64,000 nucleotides of DNA. Origin: Eledone cirrhosa (Eukaryota). The notes beneath the pieces are model-generated. The model was not told the DNA's origin. It did not search any database and saw only the letters and a list, made by a program, of their open reading frames with translations. A program made the translations under genes and the position numbers. The stretch is taken from NCBI GenBank assembly GCA_964016885.1, contig OZ024740.1:194308001-194372000 (forward strand), written 5' to 3'. Numbering within the stretch: the first letter of the stretch is position 1; the number at the start of each line of letters is the position of its first letter. This document shows positions 52,683-64,000 of the stretch, one piece after another.

Positions 52683-52866
52683 TGTTTCTACTTTTGGCAC
52701 AAGGCCAGCAATTACCCAGTGCATTACTGGTACTTTATTTTATCGACCCCGTAAGGATGAAAGGCAAAGTCAACCTCGGCGGGATTTGAACTCAGATCGT
52801 AAAGGGACGTAACTATGCTGGAAAGCATGGCGTCCGACCCTCTACCGATACTGCCAATCCACCGCC
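52683..52866 (-). mobile_element. tRNA-derived SINE family 1, full length with 18-bp TSD
   Basis: TSD TCTGAGAAATTAAATAAT at 52665-52682 and 52867-52884; A-box TGGCAGTATCGG, B-box GAGTTCAAATCC, central GCCTTTCATCCTTACGGGGTCGATAAAATAAAGTACCAG domain. Confidence 0.95.
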
Positions 52867-54343
52867 TCTGAGAAATTAAATAATGCTGATTAGAAAGTTC
52901 AATATAACACATAATTCACTAAATTTAAAGTAAATGGAAAATTTCACTTCAAAATTGAATGGTTTAATTTCATTAACATTCAGTATGAAACGTGAATGTT
53001 TAATAACGCCAACGTCTTAATTCATGTTACATATCTTGTCAAAGAAATAGTGTTATGAACAAACATGTTAGACTGTACGGGTCGCTCGACCTGCTAGTAG
53101 CAAAGCCATCTCAAATCACAATTCACCAGAATGATCACGGAATTCATTTGAAGATAGGTATGCAGAATCAGGAGGAATCTGAGGTAAAAGCAATACGATA
53201 TAGTGTTGCCAACCAGAATGAATTCCTTACTTTCTTAACAATTTCCCATACAACCATTTGAGCACGTATTTCTTTCGAAATTATAAATTTCTGATGAGTA
53301 TTTTCATCATTAAGTGTCTTGTATCTTCACAAAGGTTTCTCTCAGTTTCATCTCACTTTGTCATCGGGTGTCTTATTTCATCTGTATGTACCTATTGCTA
53401 GACTGAATCCGTATAGGAGCATCAATAACTTTTATCACTCATTTTTTTTTCTTACTTCATACGTGCCTGAAATCCAGTCTGCACAACTAAAACTTAGACA
53501 TATTAAGGCAATTACAATTCAACCCTATCAAAATATAAGTAGATGCGGGTATTAAATAGATTTCATCTATAACGATGAGAGTAGTAACCTGCGAAATATT
53601 AGAATATATCACCTCAAACATTTCAATATTTAATGTCTTTGTATGGTTTTCTCCTAATCCACGTAAGATTAAAACTCGAATTTATTTTTAGAGTGAAACT
53701 ACTGAAATCACTATGTATGCTGATTATTTTTACAGACATTTCAATTTGTATTCTGTGTGCTATGGAACATTATCTCTGTTTTTCTTTTACTGATTTTTAT
53801 CAAATAGCAGCATTTTTTTAAATATTTGTTCGCCGACTAATTTAGAGCAAAAGATTTTGTGATTGCTCTGTTTTCGTGATCAAATGATTTCTACAAACAA
53901 GAATTATCTTGTTTAACAGTTAAGTTATTTATTTCAAAAGATTGAGATATATTGCTTTTGCCAGTCAACTAACTTCTTTCTCGAGACGTGACTTCTTGTC
54001 TAAGTAAGATATTTTATAGAATTAATTCCGCGTTTCGTCTGTTTATGACATAATTAAATAAATAAGCCTGTTGGTATTATAAAAGCCATGGTAACGGTAT
54101 TGAGCAATGGCATTCATTTTGTTATTATACCTAGCATCGAAAACAAACGGTACGGAAAACAGAAAATAATAAATAATAATAAAACTAGTAATTATATTTA
54201 TTATATATTCACGAACTCATATATTGTTTTATCCTCTTAATGGCTTTGATCATTGTGCTGCAGTCATGCTGGGGTTATTAATGTGTGTGGAGGTCGTGTG
54301 TGGATTGTGTGCGGGTCGTGTGTTTGTTTGTGTGCGCGCGCGC

Positions 54344-54411
<68 letters not shown>

Positions 54412-54559
54412 TATCTACATTCATTCACGATCCCTTAATTTTATTCATAATAAATGAAGACTATATATCTAAGCACTACAATTTAAAAAATGTTGTTTAA
54501 AACAATTAAATACGCAATGAGTGCACTGAATCTACTACAGTATTTCCTTATGGCCTTCT

Positions 54560-55190
54560 CTACCTTCTGCGATCACATCTCGCCACAGCCTACTTTGCTT
54601 TTCATCATTCCGTGGTCGATAACATAAAAGTCCCTATAAAGCACTGGGGTCGATTCAATTGAAATTCCCCTCCCTCAAAATTTCTTGAATTTTACTTAAA
54701 TTAAAAATAATGATGTGCGTGGTATGAGCGAGGTCAATCGATAGTGTCCGGTAGGGTATCGGTCGAAACGCTTTAGGGTATTTAGTTACGACAGTCTACG
54801 TTCTATGGGGAGGCTCGTAGCCTGGTGGTGATGTTTGCTGGACTTTCGAACATAATGCCGTGGGTTCGATTCCTGGACTGGGTTGTGAGTTGTATTCTTG
54901 AGCAAAACACTTCAGTATATTCAGCTAAAGATGAGTATCAGCAATACTTGCAGGTTTAACCTTGTTCAGAGATGAGTGGTGTACTCTCAATTGCTGCACG
55001 CTACAGACACCGGGCTCGAGACAGATTTAGACTAAGATTTTAAGTTCTCTGTTACAATCCCACCGACTCAACATTATCTTTCATTGTTCGGGGTCTTTAA
55101 AATACAGTAGCAGTAAGTTATGTACTGAGGTCGATATAATCGACTTTCTGCTTCCCCAAAATTGCCGGCCTTCTGCCGATGCTAGAAGAA
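54560..55190 (+). mobile_element. Cluster of old SINEs (family 1-related at 54560-54700 and 54720-55190, interrupted by a second-family SINE at 54810-55030)
   Basis: B-box GGGTTCGATTCCTGG at ~54863; CTTTCAT..TCGGGGTC central domains. Confidence 0.6.
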
Positions 55191-56106
55191 TTATAGATGC
55201 ATGTGTGTGTATGAATGTGTGTGAGTTGTTTGGTATATAATGATGTGTTGTGTCTTGTGCACCTTTCTTATTGATGAGTCACCACTACTGGATAGATCAC
55301 ATCATGAACTAAAAAGTAACTCCATGTGAGATGCTTCCGGGAAGCCCCATCCTTACCCTTATCATGTCTTCTGACATAATGAACTAATAGTTTCTTGATT
55401 GTTTAGTTGTTTCGAGCCAGACGAGAAAATGAAATCTGATGAGAAAATGCCGTACATATGAAGCAACTTATATAGTTTTTGAAAATTTATCTACCACAAC
55501 AATCTGAGGGTTAATATTAATTTATCGTCAAATCTCTATACTGTAAAGCAAGGAATATATTGATACTATGGTTGTATAAAAGGCCAATAACAAAGTAGAA
55601 TATACAAATATATACCGTTACTATAGTTTTTAGACAGACTAAAATGCTATTAACAATATATTTAGAATATATAGCAAAATTATCTATGTTGTGATTGTGA
55701 AATACTTTCCCCCGCTATAACATTGATTTTTACAGGAAAAGCTATATTTGTATCTTATATTGATTTTTCATAACTAGGGAATGTTTCTGTATCATGAAAC
55801 TTTGGCAAAATTTCCAAATTTTCAAAATTTGTTTTTCATAATTATGACCTTCAAAGTAAAATTATTATCATTTTTCTAAATACGATATTCTTTTTATCCT
55901 CTAATTGAGAAGTCTTAATTTGATTTAATATAAATTGATATAATTAACTTCAGCTTAAACTTTTGTTGATCAATATATTTAACTAATCTAGTTCTTATCT
56001 TTTGGTACGAAATTAAAAATAATATATAAATTAGACAGAATAAAAGATTCGCCTAACTTCAAACATGCTCAATGGAGAAATAATTAGTTGATTTCAAATG
56101 AATTCG

Positions 56107-56299
<193 letters not shown>

Positions 56300-57239
56300 A
56301 TTTTAATTATAATTAATTTTATATATTTTCATTTTGATACAATTTGAAAATGATATTTTATTGAAATGTTATTTTTATTTTTTTGACAAATATACATTGC
56401 AGCTAAATCAACTTATATGGCTTTACTATAGCTATATAAGAAAGCGTATATTGTATGTAACTGGCTAGAAGGTTATTAACGTATATATGACAGTGGGAGG
56501 GGCCAAAAACCAATCTAAGTCATAGAATCTGGTTAGTAGAATGTTGAGTTGGAGAAATCCTTATCAGTACACACTGAGTTCAACACCTAAGCAGAGATAT
56601 TGACAGATGCAGTCAGCATATTGATAAGGAACGTTGGTAGACTTTCTCAAGCCCAATTCTGTATTGCTATTTTTTAGAGAATTAAAACCCCTTTGTTGGT
56701 TTATAGAGAGCAAGAAACCAGTGATGAAAGAAAACAAATTTTGCACGAACAAATAAAAGATCAAGAAATAGAAACTATATTTATGACACTTCCTATAGAA
56801 TATAAGGTGTTGGTAGATCAGTTTGTCCGCTCAGAGAGATAAGATGTAAAAGTGTTTCCCAACCTATGGTTTGCAGAGCTAGTACCACATGTTTCTAAAT
56901 TTCAAGTACTTTTTTAAAGAATATATGCATATATGTTATTGCATATTCATTCTTCTCTGGATATAAAATTCTCTCCGTGTGGATCGTTAATGTTCTTACT
57001 TTTCGAGAAGAGATGTGATACTTTCTCGTTTTCACCTTCCACAAGACATATTAGGTTCAAATAAAGCAACTACAGATAAATACATTTATATATATAATGT
57101 AAAACTAAAATCCCTGATTTGCTTATCTGTGTACATAATTGTGTTATAGCCCCTTGATCAAGGGGATATAACAGTTCAACATTCAATTTTGTGATAGTAG
57201 GGAAGAGGCTACAGATAATTAAATAGAGCTCACTACGTA

Positions 57240-57540
57240 GCTAATATAATAATTTATCGACCCTAGAGGGATGAAATACAAAGTTGAATGTCGAAGTTTG
57301 TAACAAACTACCGCAATACAGTTTATCCGTCATTTTACAGATTCTGCCAATCTCCACCTCGGAAGAAATACTAATACACATATTTGGGGAGGATAATATA
57401 GTTGATTAAATTAACTCCAGTACTTTATTTTATCCATTCATAAAATTGGAAAATATAAGTTGTCCCTAGAGGGATTTGAACTCAGAACATAATTACTTTT
57501 CCGCTTATTTAACGCATCTACGAATCCACCACCTTGAGGA
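57240..57540 (-). mobile_element. Old family 1-related SINE remnants
   Basis: TTTATCGACCCTAGAGGGATGAAA; GGGATTTGAACTCAGAAC; CTGCCAATCTCCACC. Confidence 0.55.
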
Positions 57541-59002
57541 AATACGAATGTTTCTTTGAAAGAATTTCGACACAATTGACAAGTGGGTGTATTAGCATTG
57601 TAGGTCCTTATTCGATATACAAAATGACAAAACTTCAATATATACAATGATACTATATTCTCGGAAATATTTTGCAAGTTGTTTTTTGTGCTCATATATT
57701 TACATGATATAGAGATTGTGTTCTTTGATTATCAATTCTATTCTTCTAAGCATCCGCTATGGGCAATGTACCTATATCTAAAATGTTCCTCATTTGAATA
57801 ATGGAATCATGTCATATCGTTGCACGATATCAGTTGACAAGGACGTTTCAAAGGAATTGCATTCAGCTGTTATCTCGACAGATTATATGTGGCAAAATAT
57901 ATTGATTTAAACCTCTGATAGTATAATGGATATCTCACTGTCTACAAGCAACATTTCATTCGGAATCACTGATAAAAAGGATTATTGTATTGGTGATTAA
58001 GGTTTAGAGATGGTATTGAATTGCATCTGCAGCTCACTGTGTGCTCTGATTTTGTAAAATTCTTATCACGTGTTTATAGAAATATTCTCTCTCGTAAAAA
58101 TAATCGGGTTGAAAGATATTAGAAAATAAAGGGAGGTCGTATATCAAAATTGGTTATACGACAGAAATATTATTTCGTATTTGTATTTGTTTTTATTTTA
58201 TCTTGAATGGAGACAGCAATATATTGCCATTACTGAGATGGAGGTCAAATATGTTAAAGTATTTGTATTCGTGAAAAATCCGGTTCCGGACATATCGGAT
58301 GTTGTCAATAGGATAATTGTTTTTGCATGATAAACGGTTTGCATGCCAACTACAAACACGTAGAATAAAACACTGCCCTAACATATAATATGATATTGTG
58401 CACAAAAATTAAAATCCACATTTATTGTCACGTCTTTCTTTAGACCTATGATCAATAATAGGTTGCCAAAAACTTAAGGGCAATCGGCGCGAAGATTCCA
58501 ATCAGCGTGATAGATTCCTTATCTCTATAAATGAAACTCACAAAAACAGTTGGCATCAGAAGTAAAAGACAACGAAACAATTGTTTAAGAATACAGAATT
58601 TCTTTTATATAATTATGACGCGTTTCGTTAGCTGGTAAACTATACCTGTGGGTATAGAATACATAATTGAAAACTATTTCAGTATATTCTTCATCATCCA
58701 CCTTCAAACAATGTGTGCACACTTATTCAAAGAGATCTTAGTAATAACAGCACCAGATTTTAACGACAAATTTCGTGTGAAAACATTGAACGGCAGAAAG
58801 TGACACAGAGTTTCCACATCAACTGAATATGTTATAAAAACAATACAAACAATAGGATGTCTTAATAAAGGAGTATATTCACATGCACACCAGGACGCTC
58901 ACAGAAAGATGTGTGTGCGTGTCTCTGTTTGAGTATGTGTGTACATATATAATGTACATTATATACATATATGTGTGTTTTTGTGTGTGTGTATGTATGA
59001 AT

Positions 59003-59591
<589 letters not shown>

Positions 59592-59699
59592 ATATATATA
59601 TGTTTGTGTGTATGTATATATTTATATATATATATATGTTTGTGTGTACGTGTGTATATCTGTATGTATGGATATATACAGGGTGTCATTGACTTTGTT

Positions 59700-59750
59700 A
59701 GTTTCAGAAGATCCCGTTAAGGGTGAAAGCAGCAATTATTTGCTTAAACT
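59700..59750 (+). ncRNA. Type I hammerhead-like motif, CAGAAGA core, in the 5' pLTR
   Basis: AGTTT-CAGAAGA-T-CCC-GTTAA-GGG-T-GAAA-GCA..TGC-TT-AAACT; the 3' pLTR copy (63021-63071) has GAAA mutated to AAAA. Confidence 0.65.
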
Positions 59751-59904
59751 TTAATCTGTTATTTTAATAAATATTTGCTCTACGGTTCTTATATATTTCA
59801 TATATATTTATCCTTATCGAGCCCTCTTTGGATTTTAGTCTTCAAATGTATTATTATTACTATTTGGCTCCCTCGGTTGAGCACTCTATTGACTTATATT
59901 CATC

Positions 59905-62031
59905 ATGCAGAAACAACATCTGAATATTTCTACAAAGAACATACCCGTACCAAGCAGGAAAACATACCTAAAATTCCTGATACAGAAAACACGCGTTCAT
60001 TAAATGGTTGCGTTGGCGTGCCTTTTATTTCGATAATCCGCGAAAAGCAGACAACAAACAGGATACATTTGGGTTTAAAACCTATAATAACCCCCCGTGT
60101 AACCCAGCATTGCTACACTTCGAAAATGATGTCTTGAAACTCATACGGAGTATCAAATTTCGGAATAGAAGCAATTCCTTCCAGCAGGACCTGAAGAATA
60201 GAATTCGTTCTATTAAGGATTCTAATGCTGTGCACGTCCATACCGACAAAACTGGCAACCTATATCAAGTGGAGCGCAGTACTTACCATCAACTACTACA
60301 TAATGCTGTAACTAAGGATTACCGTAAAACTAATCGGTGCGTCATCAATGAAATCAACGATACTGGGTTTAAAATCACCTCAGATCTCAATATCCTGGAC
60401 CGGACCGAACCTCTAGACCCTATTTCTTCCCACTTTACCCTGAAGGATCACAAATCCAATTTTCAGAACAACCCCTCTATTCGGCTTATTAACCCTACGA
60501 AGTCCGATTTAGGTAGACTTAATAAAAGGGTTCTTCATAGAATTATACCTGAAATTGGAAGTTTGGCCCCTCTTGCACTGTGGGACAATTCTTTCGCGGT
60601 GATTGATTGGTTCAACGGCATATGCAACAAGGAACATTGCCGTTTTATCCAATTCGACATCAACAATTACTACTCCTCCTTCACTTTACCACTCCTCCTT
60701 AGAACTATCAATTTCGCTAAAACACTCACAGTGGTTAAGGATTTCGAAGTTGATGTCATCCTCAATGCCCGTAAGTCGGTGATTAATTTCGACGACTCTA
60801 TTTGGATTAAAAAATCCAATAGTACCCCATTCGACGTGAGTATGGGCGCTAGCGATTCTGCGGAGGTTACTGATCTTATCGGCCTTTTCCTTTTTTTCTC
60901 TATCAAGGACGAATTCACCAACGCGGGCGGTGGTTTGTACCGTGATGATGGTCTTTTGACCATGACTAAGTGCGGACCTCGTGCTTGCGACAGGTTCAGA
61001 AAAGAACTCACACCCTTCTTTAAAGGCTTCAACCTCTCTATACAGGTTGAGGCCAATCTTTCGGTCGTTAATTACCTCGACGTTACCCCCCATTTATCGA
61101 ATGGGTTGTATTACCCGTATAGAAAGCCGAATGATACGCATAATTACATAAGTAAGCATTCCAACCATCCTGCCAGCATAACCAAGAACCTGGTAAGAAA
61201 CGTTTCGTTGAGGCTTTCCCGTCTATCTACTAACGAGCATATTTTCAACGACCATTCCACTTATTACAATGAAGCTCTTGCTCGGAGTGGATTTGGTGGA
61301 TTGTGATGTCGAATTGGATAAAACGGCAATGTTCCTTATCGATAAGGTAGCATATACAGAGTACGAAAATAGACCTAGAAGTAATAGATCCCGTCGCATT
61401 TGTTCGAATAACCCACCATATAATATGGAGGTGGCCACACCATTAGCTAAGATCTTTCTTTCCCTTATTACGAAGCATTTTCCCCCTAAACATAAATATA
61501 GTAACATTTTTAATAGAAATACTATTAAAATGTCTTACTCTACGACTCCTAACCTTGCACATAACATTACAGATTCAAATTTAGCTAAACTACCTAACCG
61601 TAGGAACACGTGCAACCCTGTAGTTAGTACTAACTCTAATTGGAGGAATCGGGTTGATTGCCCCCTATCCGGGAAATGCCTCTCTAGTAACATTGTCTAC
61701 AAATGTAAGGTTGAAAAACTCACGTCCCTAAATAGGGTTAACCGCCAATAGATTCAAGCAGCGTCTTTACATGCATACCCATTCTTTTCGTTACCCTCTT
61801 AGAAGGAATATGACGTCACTTTCAGCTTATATCTGGAGTCTAAAAGACAACCACACCCAATTTAAGTTACACTGGGAGATCCTAGCTAGGGCTAGATCGT
61901 ATAACGGAAATAAAAGACCATGTGACCTCTGCGCCGCTGAGGCCCTGGAAATACTCTACGCCACAGACCACATCTTAAACAAAAAATCTGAGGCAATTTC
62001 GGCTTGTAAATTGCACAAAACTTCGGCTTAA
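59905..62031 (+). pseudogene. PLE reverse transcriptase / GIY-YIG endonuclease ORF, disrupted
   Basis: ATG 59905 MQKQHLNISTKNIPVPSRKTYLKFLIQKT, frameshift, LRWRAFYF, DKTGNLY, TLKDHK, RLINPTKSDLG, QFDINNYYSS, DVSMGASDSAE, YRDDG, VNYLDVT, SNHP; frameshift near 61300; KHFPPKH..IFNRNTIKMSYS, CPLSGKCL, IVYKCKV; frameshift near 61735; IGLTANRFKQR..H, IWSLKD, CDLC, LNKKSE. Confidence 0.95.
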
Positions 62032-63178
62032 ATTGCACAAAACTTTCCTGTATTACAGCCCCACATTATACCCTAACGGATAGTACGATCTATACGTGGA
62101 TTTTTTTACGTCTTGATGTAGTAGCCAAGTATATGTTTTGTTTATACCATTACTTATTTGCATAGGTAAGTATATATTACCTGTATGTTTTGTGAAGGTA
62201 CGTATACTTCCTCATACGTATATTTGATTGATTATGTTGTGGCGTATACATTTTTTATATTTTCTGGTACATATGGTTTGGTTATGTGTATACGGGAGTT
62301 TTGCGTCTGTGTGTGTATGCAGGTTCGTACGTATGTAGGGTGTGTGTATATGTGTACTTCATGTTTTGGCTGTCTTACGTCTTCGAACATTTGTGTATTT
62401 ACATGTAGGTATGTGGGTGCGCTTGTTATATACATATTTATTTATTTATATACGTTTATTTAATTATTTATTTGTATACACGCGCACACACACACACTCA
62501 TATTTATATGTGCGTGGTTTTGTATACCTATGGCAAGTGTTTTGCGTATGCTTGTGTATGTATGTATTTGAATGTGTGTATGCATTTATTTAATTTCCAT
62601 TACCCTTGTATTGTATTTATTTACTTTTTTCTTAACTCTGAAGCGGAGATTCATTCGGTTTCCTAGTTAGAATTTAGTATACGACTTCAGCTATACCGTT
62701 TACGTGGTTTTGTCTTTGCGTGCAATTGTTCTCTACGCCCACATATGACGTTTATCTTCGTTTTTTCCGTTCATTGCCAGAGAACGTCTCTATGAAGCAC
62801 CTAAGAGAACATTAGTCTACGAATTCTTTTATACCATAAACGTGGTTCGGTCTTTGCGCGTAATTGTTTTTCACCGCTCCTATTAATGACGTATTATATT
62901 CGTTTTTTCCCGTTCTTTGCAAGGGAACGTTTCCACGAACCAAAGTACCGTCTTCCTGACTTCCTCCGGTTGCAACGTTTTTTGAAATATCCACTTCTGC
63001 GTTTACAGATTGACTTTGTTAGTTTCAGAAGATCCCGTTAAGGGTAAAAGCAGATATTCTTTGCTTAAACTTTAATCTGTTATTTTAATAAATATTTGCT
63101 CTACGGTTCTTATATATTTTATATATATTTATCCTTATCGAGCCCTCTTTGGATTTTAGTCTTAAAATTTATTATTAT

Positions 63179-63546
<368 letters not shown>

Positions 63547-63560
63547 TATATATATATATT

Positions 63561-63589
<29 letters not shown>

Positions 63590-63593
<4 letters not shown>

Positions 63594-63790
63594 TGTTATA
63601 CTTGGGGAGGGTCATATTTGCGTAATATTGCCAGAATTAATAACAGAACACACTCACTGTTTGGTTGGTTTTCGCTTCTCGCTGTCTTTTATATCTGCGA
63701 TCTAACTTACTCGGTCCTCAATGTTGCCATTGACTGACCGACGGTCAAAAATAAAACAGATACAATATAGACACAAACACATATATATAG
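63590..63790 (+). repeat. Dispersed repeat shared with 25103-25512
   Basis: TATTGTTATACTTGGGGAGGGT...CACACTC.CTGTTTGGTTGGTTTTCGCTTC match. Confidence 0.65.
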
Positions 63791-64000
63791 TTTACATAAT
63801 TTACATAAATCTTTCGTTGCACATCTGCAACATCGTCAGTGGTGTTATATTCTTTGTTCCTCCTGTTGTGTTGTATGTCTACGCCATTTTTTATTCAGTC
63901 TGTCTATATATTTATTTATTTATTTGCTTGTTTGTTTATTTTATTTTATTTTGTCTTCTTTGCGCATGCGTTTGCGTGTGTGTATAGTGTTATGTGTGCT

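Larger units (their letters stand above)
59688..63183 (+). mobile_element. Full-length Naiad-type Penelope-like retroelement with ~175-bp pLTR direct repeats (59688-59862, 63009-63183)
   Basis: Direct terminal repeats, a single RT-then-EN reading frame with frameshifts, and a 3' end in (TA)n. Confidence 0.95.

Noticed and set aside
52683-52866. tRNA genes at A/B-box motifs
   Set aside because: The motifs are SINE heads with body, tail and TSDs; no full cloverleaf.
58610-58700. Minus-strand GAAACGCGTC half-hammerhead
   Set aside because: No matching CTGANGA half with stem I.
60670-61507. Minus-strand ORFs over the RT
   Set aside because: Antisense shadows of the PLE ORF with no motifs.
62740-62940. 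SECIS element at ATGACG motifs
   Set aside because: No apical AA at the proper spacing and no in-frame UGA at a conserved Cys in this ORF.

Overview
AT-rich, microsatellite-dense animal genomic DNA. The SINE types and (TA)n/(GT)n density suggest a cephalopod such as Octopus (inference). No host protein-coding exon can be supported, and most ORFs in the track are microsatellite artefacts. The window is dominated by retroelements: one full-length but frameshifted Penelope-like element (PLE) of Naiad type (RT plus C-terminal GIY-YIG, ~175-bp pLTR direct repeats, 59688-63183), several truncated Naiad-type copies, RTE and CR1-group LINE fragments, many tRNA-derived SINEs (some with 17-18 bp TSDs) and a non-autonomous Helitron. 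The most striking signal is a set of type I hammerhead ribozyme (HHR) motifs, about 25 counting degenerate copies, from roughly ten unrelated repeat families. These include a near-perfect 310-bp tandem array with one HHR per unit and an internal orientation switch (retrozyme/circular-RNA-like), and non-canonical cores (CAGAAGA, UUGAAAA with a U3-A8 swap, CCGACGA, U.U at 10.1-11.1, very long stem II). Most HHR-bearing inserts are divergent 5'-to-5' pairs whose two 3' ends run into (TA)n tracts, and some are accompanied by inverted duplications of flanking DNA. All ribozyme calls were folded by eye and are untested.
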